Source: Macrostomum lignano
Taxonomy: Eukaryota
Assembly: GCA_002269645.1 (NCBI GenBank)
Contig: NIVC01000236.1
Coordinates: 248,001-312,000, forward strand
Direction of reading: 5' to 3'
DNA: 64,000 bases
How positions within the stretch are numbered: position 1 is the stretch's first letter; the number at the start of each line of letters is the position of its first letter. This document shows positions 59,701 to 64,000 of this stretch, in pieces. The notes below the pieces were generated by a model, which ran no database searches, had not been told where the DNA came from, and saw only the letters and a program-made list of their open reading frames with translations. A program made the translations under genes and the position numbers.

Positions 59701-60715
59701 AGATGCCTCCCAAAAACCCCATACCCCACCCCTGTACCCCGTGAACCCCTCCACTCCTTCCCCGTAGACACCCACCCCAACTTCTCTCCTTAGACAGCCA
59801 TCCTCTTGTCCAATGGCAGCGTCCCAAGACCTCACTCCCTCACCCCTTATCCCTCCCCTCTTACCCCTTACCCCTCCCCTCTTACTCCTTACCCCTTACC
59901 CCTCACCCCTTACCCCTCACCCCTTACCCTTCACCCCTCACCCCTTACCCCTCACCCCTTACCCCTCACCCCTTACCCCTTACCCTTCACCCCTTACCCC
60001 TCACCCCTTACCCCTTACCCCTCACCCCTTACCCCTCACCCCTTACCCCTTACCCCTCACCCCTTACCCCTCACCCCTTACCCCTTACCCTTCACCCTTC
60101 ACCCCTCACCCCTCTACCCCGTTGACTTTTCTAGTCTGGGTCCACCCAATTAATTTTCTTTTAGTAGAATCGCTACGGTCTAGTCTGCGGCGGTTTGTTG
60201 ATATCTCAGTGGAGTTAGTGTCCATATGTACATTGCTCCACCGCTACTGTACACTCAGCCGTGAGGGGGCAGTAATGTACGGTCGATCGAAATTTACCAG
60301 CTAGACAGTCAGAAATATAGTTTAAATGATTGGTCCCTTTGACGGCTTGTTTCTAATTCTAGCCACTGCTAAAATTACTTAAAAGTACTTAAATGCACTC
60401 GCGATCTTCTGTACATGACTATCGTTTGCTGATGACTTTGTAATGTAGTTCTAATTAAATTATATTTTATCGTTTAAATTTGCTATAATACATGGCGAAA
60501 TACAAAATAATTGTTACAAATTTCTTGCCGATCGATTGAACTGAAATTGATAATTTGCTCCCTCAACTGTGCTGCAGGACCCGATTTTCCACCCCGGCCT
60601 GGTGAAGGACACGCCGACCGCCAGACAGGACGCCATCCTGCAGCAGCTCTCAAACATTAGGCGAGGCCTGCTGGAGAAGCAAAAGGAAATTGAAACCTCT
60701 CTGTCCGCCGCCTGA
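44795..60715 (+). CDS. CCDC66: CCDC66-like centrosome/cilium coiled-coil protein, 9 exons, about 1135 aa
   Basis: Phase-consistent exons: 44795-44855, 44950-45303, 45698-46831, 47322-47724, 48148-48673, 49090-49386, 57059-57436, 57851-57967 (least certain), 60578-60715 (3408 nt). CCDC66-like segments: LKFETK N-terminus, RRELEYQSAVRAQVEEKRR, ERPPWG...FIPQSERDP, and the C-terminus DPIFHPGLVK...RQDAILQQLSNIRRGLLEKQKEIE. Homology was recognised from memory, not by search. Confidence 0.78.
46866..47262. repeat. 32-35-bp minisatellite (GGAGCGGGATCCCCTGACTGGAGATTGG..), CCDC66 intron 3
   Basis: Seen directly. Confidence 0.94.
47714..48132 (+). repeat. 22-bp and 20-bp tandem copies of the exon 4/intron 4 junction of CCDC66
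   Basis: Units GAGAGTGCCAA|GTAAGAGCAGG and GGAGTGCCAA|GTAAGATCCC. Confidence 0.93.
48780..49058. repeat. About 79-bp tandem repeat, roughly 3.5 copies, CCDC66 intron 5
   Basis: ACTCAATCCAGCTTAT recurs at 48781, 48862, 48941 and 49020. Confidence 0.92.
49411..49795. repeat. About 20-bp minisatellite (CCAGAGATTCCCTGTGTTTG)n
   Basis: Seen directly. Confidence 0.93.
50260..50795. repeat. 45-bp minisatellite (CAGCTTGTACCAGCTTGGGCCCCTGCAATATCCTGGGCTAGGGAT)n
   Basis: Seen directly. Confidence 0.95.
50983..55960 (-). CDS. SIDT: SID-1 transmembrane family protein (SIDT1/2, CHUP-1-like), 2 exons, about 883 aa
   Basis: Exon 1 55960-53857 has a signal peptide, an extracellular domain and the motifs YYNFYCARP, FNNIFSNIGY, EGIMSGCYHVCP, NFQFDTAYMY. 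Exon 2 is 51530-50983, joined in phase 1 (..LFVTG/EVYYMGHW..). It carries NRCxLxxFYD-like HDVWHFLSA and the typical C-terminus DDDL..RD.IPVF. Confidence 0.95.
51575..52545. repeat. 27-bp minisatellite (GACCCTGGAGGATCTGGGTGCCTCTGT)n, SIDT intron
   Basis: Seen directly. Confidence 0.95.
53401..53699 (-). mobile_element. Probable degenerate tRNA-derived SINE in the SIDT intron
   Basis: The minus strand begins with A-box-like TAGCCTTGTGGTTAAAGC, then TGTGTCCTTGAGCAAG..ACATTTAAC (resembles a conserved SINE core), and ends in an AT-rich simple tail at 53401-53447. Confidence 0.45.
56795..56985. repeat. 32-bp minisatellite (CATGACCTCAATGCGTCAATCTAATCCTGGGT)n
   Basis: Seen directly. Confidence 0.93.
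57998..59315 (-). mobile_element. Full-length mariner (DD34D) transposon in the last CCDC66 intron
   Basis: 26-bp TIRs at 57998-58023 and 59290-59315 (1 mismatch); TA duplication at 57996-57997 and 59316-59317; total length 1318 bp. Confidence 0.96.
58071..59132 (-). pseudogene. Mariner transposase with a single premature stop
   Basis: ATG at 59132 and an in-frame TGA at 59072-59070 (codon 21). The rest is open, with WVPHLL, ITGDECW, HHDNA and YSPDLVPCDF; 34 residues separate the 2nd and 3rd Asp. Confidence 0.9.
59835..60117. repeat. (CCCCTTA/CCCCTCA)n 7-bp array
   Basis: Seen directly. Confidence 0.92.
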
Positions 60716-61551
60716 GCTCTGGCTAGCAGAGATTTGAGTTGTTTGGATAATTTATTAACCACGATGACCACGCTCATAAGCATGAGCGAAACATGAGCGA
60801 GTTATTATTATTATTATTACTCCCTAAATTCAAGTTTTATCTGCTTGTCCCAATCCGTGTTTCCATCATTGTATTTCGAATGCCGCTTCCGATTTGATGT
60901 TTTTCGATGTACTTTTGTTTCTGTCGATAATGATTTTCTATTTAATTTATTGCTTTGGATGTACAGCGGTGCGGACTCCATGTAAGTGACTACTACTGCT
61001 TCTGCTCTGTTGTTTGTCATTCTTTATATCCGATTTTTATATTTGCGTAGAATAGAACAGCGTACAATATTTTATAATATTTTTTTAATTAGTAAACTCT
61101 TCCAAAGCGCGTCTGTATTTTTATCCTACTATCAGTAGCACAAGTGGAGATTTGCGTTTATTTTTATTAGCGTTGACCAAAACCGTTGACCGGTCACCTT
61201 TCTCTCCTCTCTCAATCTCTTCAAAAGTAGATTTAATAACTCAACTGGTAATGCTGATTGTTGTGAATTTGTTTTATTTTTGTCTATTTATATTTTGTTC
61301 CGTAGTAGGTTTCTATACTTTGTATTCGTACCACTCTATTTGAATCATAGCTTTTTTTAACCTGCAACAATTCTAACTGTACATGACAGCAACTGAAATT
61401 TCGCCGTGACAATGAAAGTTAAATACAAAGCAAACAAAGTGCTAGCAGTGACAAAGTGACTTTCCTGACATTCTTTTTTAGACTTTTAAAATCACCGGAT
61501 CGGGCTTCCACCTACTTAGATCCTCAAGCAGGTCCGTTGCTGCCCTTCGAG

Positions 61552-61947
61552 ATCCCCAGGCCATGCCTCCAGCTTCCACAGATCCCCAGGCCGTGCCTCC
61601 AGCTTCCACAGATCCCCAGGCCGTGCCTCCAGCTTCCACAGATCCCCACGCCGTGCCTCCAGCTTCCACAGATCCCCAGGCCGTGCCTCCAGCTTCCACA
61701 GATCCCCAGGCTGTGCCTCCAGCTTCCACAGATCCCCAGGCTGTGCCTCCAGCTTCCACAGATCCCCACGCCGTGCCTCCAGCTTCCACAGATCTCCAGG
61801 CTGTGCCTCCAGCTTCCACACATCTCCAGGCCGTGCCTCCAGCTTCCACAGATCCCCAGGCCGGGTCTCCAGCTTCCACAGATCTCCAGGCTGTGCCCCC
61901 AGCTTCCACAGATCCCCAGGCCGTGCCCCCAGCTTCCACAGATCTTC
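61552..61947. repeat. 30-bp minisatellite (CCGTGCCTCCAGCTTCCACAGATCCCCAGG)n
   Basis: Seen directly. Confidence 0.94.
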
Positions 61948-61980
61948 AGACTGAGGTGCCGCTTTGAGAAGGCGCTTGAG

Positions 61981-63156
61981 TTGGCAAAGTCACCTGCTGT
62001 TGCCAACTGCTCAAATTGCTGGTCGCCGCGCTTCGCCCGCCGCTCCGCTGGCTGCGGACTCGCTGGTGCACCGTCTGCCTGCTGGTCTGCCTGGCCTGCG
62101 CTGTCTGCTTACAGCTGCGCACCGAGCTCGGCCGGCGAAAGCTGGTGGCGCACCTGGTCGAGGAACACCTGCCGGCTGCTCACTCGGGCCGGCCGATTGT
62201 GTACGTCGTTGAGGAGCACCAAGAAGGTGAGCAACAGCAATATCGATGCATCTAGAAAGAGTTTCACTGCGCTGTGATGCTTAGTTTGTAGGGGAGCTGC
62301 GTGCTCATGAACTCCTGAACTCAATCACTAAGTCTCTCATGAACTCAATCACTAAGTCTCTCATGAACTCACTCACTAAGTCTCTCATGAACTCAATCAC
62401 TAAGTCTCTCATGAACTCAATCATGAACTCAATCACTAAGTCTCTCATGAACTCACTCATGAACTCAATCACTAAGTCTCTCATGAACTCACTCATGAAC
62501 TCAATCACTAAGTCTCTCATGAACTCAATCATGAACTTCATCACTAAGTCTCTCGCTCTGCCAATGTAATGACTCAGAAGTCAGTCTCAATTTTGCAGTG
62601 CGAAAACGCTTGGCCCTCCAAGTAGGGCGAGAGCGCCGATATATATTTTTTGGCTTTAGGTCTCGACCAATCACGTGCGGCCGCGTAGGCATAACAGGCA
62701 TAAAAAGGGGGGAGGAAAGCCGGGGGTACAGTGTACACAAACTAAGTACAGTGCGTGAGCACCCCACACTGCTAGGCACCCCGTTTAGCAAAAGTCAATA
62801 ATAAACTAACGGAAGAGTTCGCAGGCCCACACACGGCTGTGCACCTGCCCTGGCTTCTCATCGTCATGTGGATACGCAATCTGTGCCTCAGGGTTGGCCC
62901 TCATGAACTCAGGGCGGCAATGCGCAGACTTTGATCTTTAGCAGTATCCTCATCCCTCACTAATCCAGCCCTGCTCAAATGGCTGGCCGACGCTCTGCAC
63001 CGCCGGGGGCCGCGCGGCTCCCGCCTGATGCTGCTGCACATCGACGCGCACTCGGACATGTCGCTGCCCCAGCTGGACGGCTTCCCCTACGCCCGGCTGC
63101 CGGCCAGCTGGCCCGAGCTGGGCGCCATGGTCGACCGCAACGACGAGTTCATCATG
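61981..63156 (+). CDS. UPF0489/C5orf22-like protein (arginase/deacetylase-like fold), partial; continues beyond the window
   Basis: Exon about 61981-62226 (..PIVYVVEEHQE, donor GTGAG at 62227) joins in phase 1 to exon 62969-63156 (ALLKWLADAL..LLHIDAHSDM.., donor at 63157). This matches the C5orf22 pattern VxVVEDHQEVL...LHFDSHPDL. The start codon was not resolved. Confidence 0.75.
62306..62553. repeat. 24-bp minisatellite (CATGAACTCAATCACTAAGTCTCT)n
   Basis: Seen directly. Confidence 0.93.
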
Positions 63157-63499
63157 GTGAGCGGCGATGCCGGGAAACCTCGGGGGGGGGGGTTGCAACA
63201 GCGAGAGACAGCTGCGCGGTGGCAGGAGTGACAAAGTAGCGTCACATGGTTGGGTATTGGAGTGCCAAAAGAGTGACAATTGGAGTGACTTTTCTCACAT
63301 GAAATGAAATGCTGTCACAATGTCTAGCACACGCTTAGCCTGGGCAGTTAATCAAATTTCTCCGTTTTTATTCGCCTGATACCCTTTATGAGTAGCATGT
63401 TTATCTACCGGCGCAGGGGCGTCACCATGGTTTTTATGGTGGGTGGACTAAGCCAAGAATTCTGCATGTACATTCTTTTCAGAATCAGAGTTGTCGGTG

Positions 63500-64000
63500 A
63501 TCATTTTAGCGCCGCAGGCACTCATTTTAGCGCCGCAGCAGGCACTCATTTAAGCGCCGCAGGCACTCATTTTAGCGCCGCAGGCACTCATTTTAGCGCC
63601 GCAGGCACTCATTTTAGCGCCGCAGGCACTCATTTTAGCGCCGCAGGCACTCATTTTAGCGCCGCAGGCACTCATTTTAGCGCCGCAGGCACTCATTTTA
63701 GCGCCGCAGGCACTCATTTTAGCGCCGCAGGCACTCATTTTAGCGCCGCAGGCACTCATTTTAGCGCCGCAGCAGGCACTCATTTAAGCGCCGCAGGCAC
63801 TCATTTTAGCGCCGCAGGCACTCATTTTAGCGCCGCAGGCACTCATTTTAGCGCCGCAGGCACTCATTTTAGCGCCGCAGGCACTCATTTTAGCGCCGCA
63901 GGCACTCATTTTAGCGCCGCAGGCACTCATTTTAGCGCCGCAGGCACTCATTTTAGCGCCGCAGGCACTCATTTTAGCGCCGCAGGCACTCATTTTAGCG
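63500..64000. repeat. 21-bp minisatellite (GCGCCGCAGGCACTCATTTTA)n, runs off the window end
   Basis: Seen directly. Confidence 0.96.

Overview
This is eukaryotic (animal) genomic DNA with GC-rich exons, GT-AG introns and very dense tandem repeats. The overall style suggests a flatworm such as Macrostomum, but that is inference only. I reconstructed five spliced genes by hand, checking intron phases. (1) A two-exon neuropeptide prohormone (5119-6727 +) with a signal peptide and 12 tandem [A/S]RGFL-G-KR cassettes. (2) An 11-exon ERG/KCNH2-type K+ channel (26481-41260 +) with no visible PAS domain and non-canonical pore/S6 residues. (3) A 9-exon CCDC66-like gene (44795-60715 +). (4) A two-exon SID-1/SIDT-family gene (50983-55960 -) nested antisense in a CCDC66 intron. 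(5) The 5' part of a UPF0489/C5orf22-like gene (about 61981-63156 +, continuing out of the window). Mobile elements are a near-intact mariner, an internally deleted piggyBac and a probable tRNA-SINE. There is also a Lifeguard/TMBIM gene fragment. More than 30 micro/minisatellite arrays are present. Almost every intron carries its own repeat unit, and one array is built from copies of the splice donor itself. Most long ORFs in the supplied track are repeat artefacts. I saw no CRISPR, rRNA or tRNA genes.
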